Assembly (NCBI GenBank): GCA_963815945.1 | Contig: CAWFIN010000006.1 | Coordinates: 20,166 to 84,165, forward strand | Direction of reading: 5' to 3' | DNA from: an uncultured Actinomycetes bacterium | Lineage (GTDB): Bacteria > Actinomycetota > Thermoleophilia > Gaiellales > Gaiellaceae | Length of the DNA: 64,000 bases | Part shown: positions 26,075-35,344 of the stretch, piece after piece | Numbering within the stretch: position 1 is the stretch's first letter | Layout of the letters: each line of letters begins with the position of its first letter | Notes under the pieces: model-generated | What the model saw: only the letters and a program-made list of their open reading frames with translations | What the model was told of the DNA's origin: nothing | Database searches by the model: none | Program-made: the position numbers and the translations under genes

Positions 26075-27130
26075 TCAGACGGCGCTGGAGGCGGCCCAGA
26101 TGTTGATGTCGCTGTCGGTCGCGTAACGGTCGATCTCGGTGAGCTCGTCGGCGGTGAAGTCGAGGCGCTCGAGGGCGGCGACGTTCGCTTCCAGTTGGGC
26201 AACGCTCGATGCGCCGACGAGCGTCGAGGTGATCCGAGGATCGCGCAGTGTCCAGGCGAGCGCCATCTGCGCGAGCGTCTGCCCACGGCGGGTTGCGATT
26301 TCGTTCAGCGACCGGATCCTTGCGAGGGTTTCTTCCGTGAGCAGCTTCGGCGAGAGGGAGGTGTCCTCACTCGCCCGCGATCCCTCCGGGATCCCGTCGA
26401 GGTATTTGTCGGTGAGCATCCCCTGCGCGAGCGGCGAGAAGCCGATGCAGCCGACGCCCTCCTGCTCTAACGCGTCGAGCAGGTCGGGCTCGATCCATCG
26501 ATTCAGCATCGAGTAGGACGGCTGGTGAATCAGGAGGGGCGTTCCGAGCATGCGCAGGATCGCCGCTGCCGCTCGAGTCTTTTCGGCCGAGTAGGACGAG
26601 ATGCCGACATAGAGCGCCTTGCCCTGGCGAACAGCGGTGTCGAGCGCTCCCATCGTCTCTTCGAGCGGGGTTTGCGGGTCGAAGCGGTGCGAGTAGAACA
26701 GGTCGACGTACTCGAGCCCCATGCGGGCGAGGCTCTGGTCAAGGCTCGCGAGCAGGTACTTGCGCGAGCCCCACTCCCCGTACGGGCCCGGCCACATGTC
26801 GTAGCCGGCCTTCGTCGAGATCACGAGCTGATCCCGGAAGGGTGCAAGATCGTCGCGCAGCAGCCGGCCGAAGTTCTCCTCGGCCGAGCCGTACGGCGGC
26901 CCATAGTTGTTCGCCAGGTCGAAATGCGTGATACCGAGGTCGAATGCACGACGGACGATCGCCCGGCTCAAGTCGAGGGGACGGTCGTGGCCGAAGTTCT
27001 GCCAGAGCCCGAGCGAGACCGCCGGCAGCTTGAGGCCGCTGCGACCGGCTCGGTTGTAGAGCATCCGCTCGTAGCGGGCCGGGGCAGGCGCGTACGTCAC
27101 GCCTTGCAGACTAGCCCGATAACCCGCCAC
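26075..27130 (-). CDS. Aldo/keto reductase (YghZ / L-glyceraldehyde-3-phosphate reductase-like)
   Basis: Intact 351 aa. RSGLKLPAVSLGLWQNFG, FDLANNYGPPYGSAEENFG, SRKYLLASLDQSLARMGLEYVDLFYSHRFD, IHQPSYSMLNR. Confidence 0.9.
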   Translation of the reverse strand: MAGYRASLQGVTYAPAPARYERMLYNRAGRSGLKLPAVSLGLWQNFGHDRPLDLSRAIVRRAFDLGITHFDLANNYGPPYGSAEENFGRLLRDDLAPFRDQLVISTKAGYDMWPGPYGEWGSRKYLLASLDQSLARMGLEYVDLFYSHRFDPQTPLEETMGALDTAVRQGKALYVGISSYSAEKTRAAAAILRMLGTPLLIHQPSYSMLNRWIEPDLLDALEQEGVGCIGFSPLAQGMLTDKYLDGIPEGSRASEDTSLSPKLLTEETLARIRSLNEIATRRGQTLAQMALAWTLRDPRITSTLVGASSVAQLEANVAALERLDFTADELTEIDRYATDSDINIWAASSAV

Positions 27131-27310
27131 GTCAGGGTGCGTCAGTTGGGCCGGCTGCTCGAGTGGAGGGAGGGCTGGAGGCCAGGCGTGAACCGTCGAG
27201 GTTCAACACCCGGCCTCCAGCTTGATGCGCGTCCCGGCCAGGGAGAGGACCCGTTATGGGGCCGGGACTTCTGTTGAGCGGGAGACTACTCTTTCGCCAA
27301 TGAGATAAAC

Positions 27311-27871
27311 GTGAGCGGGCGAGCCAGGGTCAACGCGATTCGCAGCGTCTCAAACGCTGGCGCAGCCCTCCGTGCTCGTCCTATGACACGTGCCGGGTCG
27401 GACGCGCGACGTACATTCATCGGGGTGCGACGTTGCGTGACACCGTTAGCGGCGGCCCTCACAACAGTGACGCTGACAGGGCTCGTGTCGGGGGCTTCGG
27501 CTTCCGGCGAGTCGTCCCGGACGCCTGTACCCGCGTTTGGCGGCTGCTCGGCGGCGGCACCAGTCATACGCCCGGAGGTAATCATCACGGGCTGTGGCGA
27601 CGGTGGGCAGTACTTCTCGCTCGAGCGCTGGTCCTCTTGGACACGAGACCGCGCCCAGGCGAGCGGCACCGAGTTCATAAACTCGTGTACTCCTTCCTGT
27701 GCCGCAGGCCATTTTCTCGAGTATCGAGTTCTTGTCCTGCTTTGGCGCCCGCGCGTATGCAGCAACCGGAAGGTTGAGTTCACGCGCCTCACCGCCCGTC
27801 GGCTCACCAAAGCTTCGGCGCTCACACTCGTGAGCCCGTGGAGCCACCTCGACCCTGTGTCCTGCCCCTAG
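27311..27871 (+). CDS. Hypothetical Cys-rich exported protein (start may be ATG 27383)
   Basis: 186-aa ORF. Signal-like CVTPLAAALTTVTLTGLVSGASA, eight Cys in the mature part. No family recognised. Confidence 0.4.
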   Translation: MSGRARVNAIRSVSNAGAALRARPMTRAGSDARRTFIGVRRCVTPLAAALTTVTLTGLVSGASASGESSRTPVPAFGGCSAAAPVIRPEVIITGCGDGGQYFSLERWSSWTRDRAQASGTEFINSCTPSCAAGHFLEYRVLVLLWRPRVCSNRKVEFTRLTARRLTKASALTLVSPWSHLDPVSCP

Positions 27872-27930
27872 GGTCGGGCGTCAGAACGCAACGCTGGCGC
27901 GTTCCAGCGTGAACCGCAACCGGTCGCCCC

Positions 27931-28611
27931 TCACCTCGTAAGCGCTGTGACGTTCGCCGCAGAGATACCCGCAGCGCGAAGGAATGGCCGCATCCGAGCG
28001 TTCAGGCTCTTCAGCCTCGCACTCGCTTTTCCCGACCCGCTCGAAAAGAGCGTCGCGAACAAAGCCGGGTCGATCCCGATCGCGTCGCGGACGTCTGCAG
28101 CCGTGGACTTCTTGCTCAGCATCACGGTCGCGGCCCGGCAGTAGTTGATCTTCTTCCCGTGGTTGTCGAAGCGGAGGATGAGGCCGAAGTTTTGCTTCTG
28201 GGCGACCACCCATTGCCGAAACAGCGGTGAGTCCGGATGCACGGCGGCGAGCGTGTCGCGCACCCCGGTGATCTCCGGCCTGAACTGGTTGACGAGATCG
28301 GCGAGCAAAGCCGGCAACAGCGCGAACACCGCGGCGAAAGCCTTCGCAGGGTCCTTCTTGAACGTCGGACAGTTCTTGAGGGTCTTGTCGAGACTCGTGT
28401 TGTCGTTCTTCTTCGCTGCGATTGCACGAAAGGTCGACACCTTCGCGTCGAGCGTCCTGGCCAGCGCCCGGTCATGGGCATCGGGCGCCGGCGCCTTCGC
28501 ACCGGCAGCCGAGACCGCGCCAAGCGCCAGCAGACAGACGATCGCAAGAGTTCCGCCGAGACGGATCCCGCCGCTGCGGCCCATCGCCGACGGGTGAACC
28601 AAGGCGGCCAT
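27931..28611 (-). CDS. Hypothetical exported helical protein
   Basis: 226-aa ORF. Signal GTLAIVCLLALGAVSAAGA, Lys/Ala-rich helical body. No family recognised. Confidence 0.5.
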   Translation of the reverse strand: MAALVHPSAMGRSGGIRLGGTLAIVCLLALGAVSAAGAKAPAPDAHDRALARTLDAKVSTFRAIAAKKNDNTSLDKTLKNCPTFKKDPAKAFAAVFALLPALLADLVNQFRPEITGVRDTLAAVHPDSPLFRQWVVAQKQNFGLILRFDNHGKKINYCRAATVMLSKKSTAADVRDAIGIDPALFATLFSSGSGKASARLKSLNARMRPFLRAAGISAANVTALTR

Positions 28612-28731
28612 CGACCGATCCTACCCCGGAGCATCCTGAATCGGCTGCGCCCGGCCGAAGCGTCGCCCGTTCCTGGATGGCCGCGCGCCCCAACGGTTTC
28701 GAGCAGGACGAGTCTGTGTCAGACTCGGCTC

Positions 28732-30915
28732 ATGTGGCGCCCGCGCGTGCTCCTGCTTCTGCTCCCGGCTCTGCTCGCTGCGGCGATGGTGCCGTTCGGC
28801 GGCGCGACCAGCGGCCGGGAGGCGGCGACCGTCATAGGCAGCACGACACTCGCCGCGAACAATGGGACACCCGACCTGTTCGGCAAGAACGTTCCCGTCT
28901 TCCAGGGCGCCGCCGCCGCAGGCTATGTCACGAGCGTCCCCGCGAACGGGACGCTCACGTCGTGGAGCTTCCGCAGCGCGGGCGTCACGAAGGGCAGCCG
29001 CTTCGTCCTGCGGGTCCTGCGCCCGGTCGACACGACGACGTGGCGCGCGATCGCAACGAGCGACGCGGCCACCGTGACGAGCGTGACGGGAACGGACGCG
29101 CTACTCGGCCCGTTCCCGGCGCACCTCGCCGTCGTCGCGGGCGACAGGATCGCGCTGCAGCCAATCGACGACGGCTACACCCCAATCGAGCAGGGCGCGA
29201 ACGGCAAGGACGGCGTCCGCTATTTCACGGCTCCGCTCCCGGACGGGTCGAGTGCCGCGCTCGCGCCCGGGAGCGGAGCCAACAACGGCCAGATCGTTCC
29301 GCTCCAGGCGACCCTGGACATGACCGTGACCGCCCTCGCGAACACCATTCCGCCACAGATCACGGGGACGGTATCGGTCGGCCAGACGCTGGCATGCTCG
29401 CCGGGCACGTGGGCGCAGAAGCCCGACTCGGTCGCCTACGCGTGGCTGCGCGACGGGACCGCGATCCCCGGCGCCGCCGCCGCCACCTACCCGGTCTCGG
29501 CGGACGACGCCGGCCACGCGCTGACATGCAGGACGACCGCTACCGCGGGTACGGCCTCCGGATCGGCTGCCTCTGCCGCGGCCCAGGTGCCGGCCGTACC
29601 GGTCGCCGCGGCGAACACGGCGCCCCCGCGCGTCATAGGCGTCGTGAAGCCCGGCTCGACGGTCACGTGCGACCCCGGCACCTGGACGGGCAACCCGTCA
29701 TTGGCCTACACCTGGGTCTGGCAGCGGCAAGCGCGCGTCCAGCCGTTCCACCTCCGTCAGGCCGGCCGCCTGATCGGGACGACCAAGGGGAGCTACTTCC
29801 ACGCCGCCGCGCCCCGGACGGTCACGGCGATCGCGGTGATCGCCACGACACGGACGCTCGTCGTCCCCGACCTCCCCGCAGACGGCGCCAAACTCGGCTG
29901 CACCGTGACAGCGTCGGGGGGCGCTGCGACCGCCGCCAAGCTCACCCTCTCCTCGCAACCGTTCCTCGTACAGACCTCGCCCCCGAGCCTCGAGCGTGAC
30001 AAGCGCGGCCGGTTCCACCCGCCGTCGATCGCGCGCAACGTCGGCTCGGGCAGCAGGAACACGTGCCAGCCCGGCCTCTGGGGGAACTATCCGACCTTCA
30101 CCTATGCCTGGTACCGCCTCGGCGCGCTCAGACACCAGATCGGCCCGCGCCCCCGCACGCTGCTCGCGAAGGGCCAGTCGATCGCGTTGACGCCGGTGAA
30201 CGAGAAGATGGACATCGAATGCGTCGTCACGGCCTCGAACACCGCGGGCTCCGTCGCCCTCGCGAGCAACGAGTACATCGTCCCGGCCGGGGCGCCGCAT
30301 CCGTTGCAGCAGCCGTTCGTCGAGGTCAAGACCGAGAGCCCCAACACGGCGCCGGGACTCGTCGGGCCGGAAGGCGGAACCGTGATCGCCGAGAAGATCC
30401 ACCTGCACTGCCTCGGCGGGCACTGGGATCGCGGCGACCTCACCTTCCACACGGTTTGGCAGGGCGTCGACGCAAAAGGCAACCTCGCCCCGAACACCGC
30501 TGTCGCCGGCGAGCGCCTCGATCTCGACATGAGCCCGGGCAAGCCGGCGCTCGCGGCGGACGTCACGTGCGTGGTCACGGCGACGACGAGCCACGGCGTC
30601 TCGGCGATCGTGCGCTCAGGCGTCTTCGCAGTCTGGAACGGCTGCGTTTGGACGCGCGGGCCGGATGCCATCTCGGTCGGGACGTTTGCGAGCCCGTACG
30701 GCTTGGGGCTCGCCGCCGGCACCGTCGCGACGATCGCGACCGGCGGGCTCGCCGGCCTGGGCCTCACCGCCATCTTCGGCGACGCAGGCTACGGCGATTT
30801 CGGCCTGGCCTACGGCGCCGGGGACCGGATCGTCTACACGGTCGGCCCGAACTGCCTCGACTACCAGAAGTGGCTCGAGGGGCAGGGATACACGGTCAAG
30901 CAGCGCGACAGCTAG
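28732..30915 (+). CDS. Large secreted protein: N-terminal beta domain plus four Cys-pair Ig-like repeats and a Gly-rich hydrophobic C-terminal region
   Basis: ATG 28732. Signal MWRPRVLLLLLPALLAAAMVPFGG. Repeats near 29347-29590, 29620-29970, 30020-30280 and 30350-30640 each show C-x-PG-x-W ... (Y/H)-x-W ... C-x-V-T-A. Intact over 2.2 kb. Confidence 0.7.
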   Translation: MWRPRVLLLLLPALLAAAMVPFGGATSGREAATVIGSTTLAANNGTPDLFGKNVPVFQGAAAAGYVTSVPANGTLTSWSFRSAGVTKGSRFVLRVLRPVDTTTWRAIATSDAATVTSVTGTDALLGPFPAHLAVVAGDRIALQPIDDGYTPIEQGANGKDGVRYFTAPLPDGSSAALAPGSGANNGQIVPLQATLDMTVTALANTIPPQITGTVSVGQTLACSPGTWAQKPDSVAYAWLRDGTAIPGAAAATYPVSADDAGHALTCRTTATAGTASGSAASAAAQVPAVPVAAANTAPPRVIGVVKPGSTVTCDPGTWTGNPSLAYTWVWQRQARVQPFHLRQAGRLIGTTKGSYFHAAAPRTVTAIAVIATTRTLVVPDLPADGAKLGCTVTASGGAATAAKLTLSSQPFLVQTSPPSLERDKRGRFHPPSIARNVGSGSRNTCQPGLWGNYPTFTYAWYRLGALRHQIGPRPRTLLAKGQSIALTPVNEKMDIECVVTASNTAGSVALASNEYIVPAGAPHPLQQPFVEVKTESPNTAPGLVGPEGGTVIAEKIHLHCLGGHWDRGDLTFHTVWQGVDAKGNLAPNTAVAGERLDLDMSPGKPALAADVTCVVTATTSHGVSAIVRSGVFAVWNGCVWTRGPDAISVGTFASPYGLGLAAGTVATIATGGLAGLGLTAIFGDAGYGDFGLAYGAGDRIVYTVGPNCLDYQKWLEGQGYTVKQRDS

Positions 30916-30956
30916 GCCAGGGTCGCGCTCGAGGGAGATTTCCTGACCGTGGCCCC

Positions 30957-31505
30957 TTAGCCGGCGGCCGAAAGGCCCAGCGGGAAGCCACAGGAGGTCT
31001 TGACGAAGCTATCGATCTTCGGGAGGTCGGCCAGCGCAATCGGGCTGTATTGCTTGAAGGAGTCCTGAATCAGTTTCCGACCGCCGGGGTCCGGCGGCGG
31101 AATCTGAAATCCCACCGACTGGAGATCCTTGAAGAGGTGGCTATAGGCCGTCGTGTAGTCGCGGAGCGTCGGAAGTATCTTCTTGGGCGCCGGTCTCGCG
31201 TTGAGCATGGCGGCGAGCGCGGTGACCGTAACGTTCGCTTCGTGCCTCTGATAGCTCGGAGCACCCACCTTCACACCTCGCGCGAGATCCGCATGGAGCT
31301 GTGTGCCGAGATCGGCGATTTCCTGGGCGCCGGCACAGAACTCCGTCTGCTTCTTCTTGGACACGGATGAACGCGCTCCCGTCTTCGCGTGCCTGACCGA
31401 CCTTGCAGAGGCCGGCCCACCGGTCGAGAGAATCGCTGCAACCGCGGTCGCGGCCATCACGCAAGCCAGGAAACCACGACGCCAGAGCACACTGCGCTGG
31501 GGCAC
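30957..31505 (-). CDS. Hypothetical exported protein
   Basis: 182-aa ORF. Signal GFLACVMAATAVAAILSTGGPASA. No family recognised. Convergent with the repeat protein. Confidence 0.5.
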   Translation of the reverse strand: MPQRSVLWRRGFLACVMAATAVAAILSTGGPASARSVRHAKTGARSSVSKKKQTEFCAGAQEIADLGTQLHADLARGVKVGAPSYQRHEANVTVTALAAMLNARPAPKKILPTLRDYTTAYSHLFKDLQSVGFQIPPPDPGGRKLIQDSFKQYSPIALADLPKIDSFVKTSCGFPLGLSAAG

Positions 31506-31581
31506 GCCGGCACGTTAGCTGATTCCGCTTTCCCCTCTTGGATCGCGACCCGGTCGCCGTCGGACTACGAACCGCTCGCTG

Positions 31582-32049
31582 TCAAGCACCGCTGGGCCCT
31601 GAGGGCCCACTTCCCACGCCGAGTGCGTCGCGGATGGCCTCGATCGCGGCCGTCTCCGCAGCCGTGACCCCGCCCTTCGCTTCCGCGACGGCCTCAGCTG
31701 TGCCGAGGACGAACTGCCGGTAGGCGTCGAGCTCGTCGGGTGCCTTCGCCGAGAGCGTCGCGACCGAGGCGCGCAGGACGTCCATCGTCTCCGCCTCCAC
31801 CTTGTCCTTCGAGGCGGTGAAGCCGAACCCGGTGCCATGGGTGGCGGCGAGCTCACGCACTAACGCGCTCTCGCTCTGCTGACGCTGCGCCCCGACGAAC
31901 TTCGCGAGTGCGCCGGCCTCACCAAAACTGTCGGTGAAGTCCGCGTCGCTCACCGAGACGAGCATCCCGGCGCCGGTCACGCCCTTGTGCATCGCCTGCC
32001 ATTCCTCGTCCGTGAACTCCGCCTTCGTCGCCACGCTGCCTCCCTCCAC
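31582..32049 (-). CDS. Hypothetical cytoplasmic helical protein
   Basis: 155-aa ORF (EFTDEEWQAMHKGVTGAGMLVSVSD..LDAYRQFVLGTAEAVAEAKGGVTAAETAAIEAIRDALGV). No family recognised. Confidence 0.5.
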   Translation of the reverse strand: MEGGSVATKAEFTDEEWQAMHKGVTGAGMLVSVSDADFTDSFGEAGALAKFVGAQRQQSESALVRELAATHGTGFGFTASKDKVEAETMDVLRASVATLSAKAPDELDAYRQFVLGTAEAVAEAKGGVTAAETAAIEAIRDALGVGSGPSGPSGA

Positions 32050-32171
32050 TCCGATCCCTGTCCTGGAGACACTCTAGTCCAACGAGTATTTCGACCCGGT
32101 CGAACAGCGCGGTGGATCCGCATCGCCGAGGAGGCATAGGATCGGGCTCCCTACCGAAAGAGAGGCTGAGG

Positions 32172-32453
32172 ATGGCCATTGGCATCCGCATCAAGCTCCC
32201 AGGCATCACCGAGGAGCAGTTCGAAAAGGGTCACGACCACATCAATCCCGATCGCACACCGCCTAAAGGGCTCCTCTTTCACGCATCTGGGCCGATCGAT
32301 GGCGGCTGGGGGATCATCGACTTCTGGGAGTCCCGCGCGGACTTCGACGCCTTCTCGGCACGGATCACGGAAGGAATGGCCGCGGCGGGAATCCAGCCGC
32401 AAGGACCACCCGACGTCAAGGAGTTTCCCGTCCACGAGATGATTCACCCCTAG
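32172..32453 (+). CDS. Small hypothetical protein
   Basis: ATG 32172 follows GAGAGGCTGAGG. 93 aa (MAIGIRIKLPGITEEQFEKGHDHIN..IIDFWESRADFDAF). Confidence 0.45.
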   Translation: MAIGIRIKLPGITEEQFEKGHDHINPDRTPPKGLLFHASGPIDGGWGIIDFWESRADFDAFSARITEGMAAAGIQPQGPPDVKEFPVHEMIHP

Positions 32454-32530
32454 TTTCAGATCACGAGGGCGGGCGCTCTGCGTTCCGCGGCTCTGCAAAC
32501 ACTCGCGAGTCAGGTTGATAAACTCGGCGC

Positions 32531-32764
32531 GTGCCCGAATACAAGGTGACTGTGGTCGATCCCAGCAACGCTCTGAGCCCGAGCATCTCGTGGAAGCGGT
32601 ATCGATCCGAGGTTCCGCTCGAGTACGGCAACGAGATCGTCATAGAGGCAGATGCAGGGGTCGCACCGGACGCTCCGAGCTCGCTTCGCGCTCGGGTGAC
32701 CTCGGTCGACAACGATGCCTTCTATACGGACACAGTGACTGTCGAACCGATCGGCGAGAGCTAG
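32531..32764 (+). CDS. Small hypothetical protein
   Basis: 77-aa ORF from GTG 32531 with non-biased composition. No motif recognised. Confidence 0.35.
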   Translation: MPEYKVTVVDPSNALSPSISWKRYRSEVPLEYGNEIVIEADAGVAPDAPSSLRARVTSVDNDAFYTDTVTVEPIGES

Positions 32765-32792
32765 CCGCCGGCACACCCGCGGTAGGTGTGAG

Positions 32793-33136
32793 CTACGCCC
32801 CGAATGGCCCGGGGCAGGCTTCGATCTTCGGGATCGAGAAGCGCGCGATCGTGCCGAAGCCCTCGGCGGGCTTGCAGCCTGGGCGACCCCGGCGTCGCAT
32901 GCGACCGAGAGGAAGATGAAGGCATCCTCGATCGTGATCCCGTGCTCGTTCACGAGCAGCTTCGCCGCCTCCTCGGAGACGAGCTGGAGGGCGTCGGCGT
33001 AGTCGGTCGCGCACGCGTGCGGTACCCAGGAGTCACGCAACTCGGTCACCGGCCAGGTCGCCTGCTTGCCCTTGAGGACTTCGAAGCGCACGTCCACCTC
33101 ACCGGCGATCTCATAGCGGAGGCGAAGGGGGCAAAC
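32793..33136 (-). pseudogene. Remnant of an acetamidase/formamidase-family gene (C-terminal third only, also frameshifted)
   Basis: YEIAGEVDVRFEVLKGKQATWPV..HGITIEDAFIFLSVACDAGVAQ | AGCKPAEGFGTIARFSIPKIEACPG, with a shift near 32890. No N-terminal two thirds are present. The upstream neighbour ends at 33245. Confidence 0.45.
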
Positions 33137-33244
33137 GCGATCATCACGATGCGGTTCGATACATCCGAGCTTGGCTCGACCTGAACCGAGATCTGTGCGT
33201 ACGGAACGGCGGTGCGCATCCGCAAAGCCTGAAGGTTGAGCGGC

Positions 33245-34054
33245 TCAGTCCGCCGGGACGTCGGGAGACCAGACGAACGGCGTTGTCGTGGTCACCGCTA
33301 CGAACCCGAGCCGCTCGAGAATCGGCCGGCTTTCGTCCGAAGCGTCGACCTCCAGGTACCGCATCCCGCGCTTGGCGGCGAGGTTCGCACGGTAGGCGAC
33401 AGTGGCGCGGTAGATTCCGCGGCCGCGCCACGCCGGCAGGGTCCCGCCGCCCCAGAGGGTTGCGAATTCGGAGCCTCGTTCGAATCGCACCCAGCCGGCG
33501 CACACGACAGCGTCTTCAGCCTCTGCGACCACGATGGCCACGGCTTCGGGATCCACGGTTCGCTCCGCGTCAAGACTGTCCGCGAGCCAGCTGTGGTCAC
33601 ACTGCCAGATCGCGTGCTCCATCGCCTCGATCCGGTCGAGGTCGCTCCGGTCGCTCACCTCGCGAAGCGACACGGCTTCAGGGAGTCTCGGCTCCCGGGC
33701 GACCTTCGCGACCCGCGCGATCACCACCGTCTCGACGTCCTCCGGGACAAATCCTGCGGCATGGAGCCGTTGTGCGAGATCGGCGGGTCGATCGTGCCCA
33801 TGGAGCTTCCATTCGAACGGCTCCCCTCGCTCGGCGAAGATTCGCACCTGGCGCCGGATCAGGTCATCGAGATCTGCACCGTCGAGCCCCCCGAGATCGC
33901 GGTAGCCGACAAACCCGCGGTTGTCGAGGCCGAAGAAGCGAAGGAGCGGCCCGTCTCGCTCCGCCTGCACGCCCCGCGGCAGCTTGTCGGGCAGCCGCCC
34001 CCGGAGCTGTGCGTCGTATGCGGCCAGGAGCTCTGCGACATCCGCCTCGGACAC
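33245..34054 (-). CDS. GNAT-family N-acetyltransferase
   Basis: Intact 269 aa. C-terminal acetyl-CoA fold (VVCAGWVRFE..TLPAWRGRGIYRATVAYRANLAAKRGMRYLEVDASDESRPILERLGF). Confidence 0.8.
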   Translation of the reverse strand: MSEADVAELLAAYDAQLRGRLPDKLPRGVQAERDGPLLRFFGLDNRGFVGYRDLGGLDGADLDDLIRRQVRIFAERGEPFEWKLHGHDRPADLAQRLHAAGFVPEDVETVVIARVAKVAREPRLPEAVSLREVSDRSDLDRIEAMEHAIWQCDHSWLADSLDAERTVDPEAVAIVVAEAEDAVVCAGWVRFERGSEFATLWGGGTLPAWRGRGIYRATVAYRANLAAKRGMRYLEVDASDESRPILERLGFVAVTTTTPFVWSPDVPAD

Positions 34055-34136
34055 GACCGGGACTCTAGGTCACGCGAATTCGTGGAGCCAACGTTGACGC
34101 TAGGCTCCAGCCGAACCCTCGACGAAGGAGAACGTC

Positions 34137-34430
34137 ATGGCCGAATACGCTCGCGTAGTCACGTTCGAAGCCGACGATGCAGCCCTCGACGCGTTGCTCG
34201 ACGACATCAGGTCGACAGACGGCGCACCGGAAGGCGTGCCCGCAACGCGAATCACCGTCCTCGCCGACCGAGCTGCCGGGAAGGTCGTGGTGGCGATTCG
34301 CTTCGGTTCCGAAGAGGATCTTCGCAAGGGCGGAGAGACGCTCGAGGCGATGAGCCCGCCCAACGCCGGGACGATGCGCCGGACATCCGTCGTTTCGTAT
34401 GAAGTTGCGTTCGAGAAGCAGATCGCGTAG
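34137..34430 (+). CDS. Small hypothetical protein (ABM/dimeric alpha-beta barrel-like)
   Basis: ATG 34137 follows GAAGGAGAA. 97 aa ([24 protein letters not shown]..). Confidence 0.5.
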   Translation: MAEYARVVTFEADDAALDALLDDIRSTDGAPEGVPATRITVLADRAAGKVVVAIRFGSEEDLRKGGETLEAMSPPNAGTMRRTSVVSYEVAFEKQIA

Positions 34431-34473
34431 GGGTTGGGGCGACACCCAAACGAGCAGGTCGTCGGCGATAGCG

Positions 34474-34878
34474 ATGGCTGACTCACCGACAGAGTCCGAG
34501 CGGCTCGCGCGCAACAAGGCAGCCGTGATGGCGTTCTACGACCTGATGTTCAACCAGTGCAGGCCTGCGGAGGCCATCGCGCGATACGCAGGCGAGGTCT
34601 ACAAGCAACACAACCCGCACGTCGGTGACGGCAAGCAGGCTTTCGTCGAGTATTTCGAGCGGATGGCTTCGGAGTACCCCGGCAAGCACGTCGAGTTCAA
34701 GCGGTCGATCGCCGAGGATGACTACGTCGTGTTGCACTGCCTGCAGACATGGCCTGGCGACCGCGACTGGGCAGGGATCGACATCTTCCGCCTCGACGAG
34801 AGCGGGCGAGTCGTCGAGCACTGGGACGTCCTGCAGATCGTTCCGGACGGCTCCGAGAACGACAACACGATGTTCTGA
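34474..34878 (+). CDS. SnoaL-like / NTF2-fold protein
   Basis: ATG 34474. [68 protein letters not shown] is the typical SnoaL-like pattern. Confidence 0.75.
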   Translation: MADSPTESERLARNKAAVMAFYDLMFNQCRPAEAIARYAGEVYKQHNPHVGDGKQAFVEYFERMASEYPGKHVEFKRSIAEDDYVVLHCLQTWPGDRDWAGIDIFRLDESGRVVEHWDVLQIVPDGSENDNTMF

Positions 34879-34884
34879 AGGAGG

Positions 34885-35253
34885 CTAGTCGGCAGCGCGT
34901 GGGCGGAAACCCGAGCAGAGGAGATCGACACGCGAGATCTTGCCGTCGCCGACGAGGCAATAGAGCTGCTGCTCGACCACGTAGGCGTCGCCCTCCTCGA
35001 CGCCCGCGAACCGATACGAGATGTGAAGGCGATCTCCGACCTGCTCGCTACGGGAGTCGAGGAGGTGCAACTCGGTCGAATCGCCGAACCACTGCGACAT
35101 CAGCGACGCCGCTTCGGTCGCACCTGTGCGCTCCCTGAGGCCGGACGGGACCAGGGCGTGAAACTCGACGTCTCGAGCGAAGCAGTCTGCGAGCGCAGCC
35201 TCGTCCTGCGCGGCGATGGCGCCTACCAATCGCGTTCCAAGTTCATCGGACAT
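34885..35253 (-). CDS. NTF2-like hypothetical protein
   Basis: 122 aa from ATG 35253 (LVGAIAAQDEAALADCFARDVEFHALVP..YVVEQQLYCLVGDGKISRVDLLCSGF). Confidence 0.5.
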   Translation of the reverse strand: MSDELGTRLVGAIAAQDEAALADCFARDVEFHALVPSGLRERTGATEAASLMSQWFGDSTELHLLDSRSEQVGDRLHISYRFAGVEEGDAYVVEQQLYCLVGDGKISRVDLLCSGFRPRAAD

Positions 35254-35344
35254 GGCTGGGAGCCTACGCTCCCGCGGCCGATCGCGTCTGCGCTCAGAAA
35301 GGGTACGCGTCCAGGCACGAGGACCCTTGGCTACGCTGGGAAGA

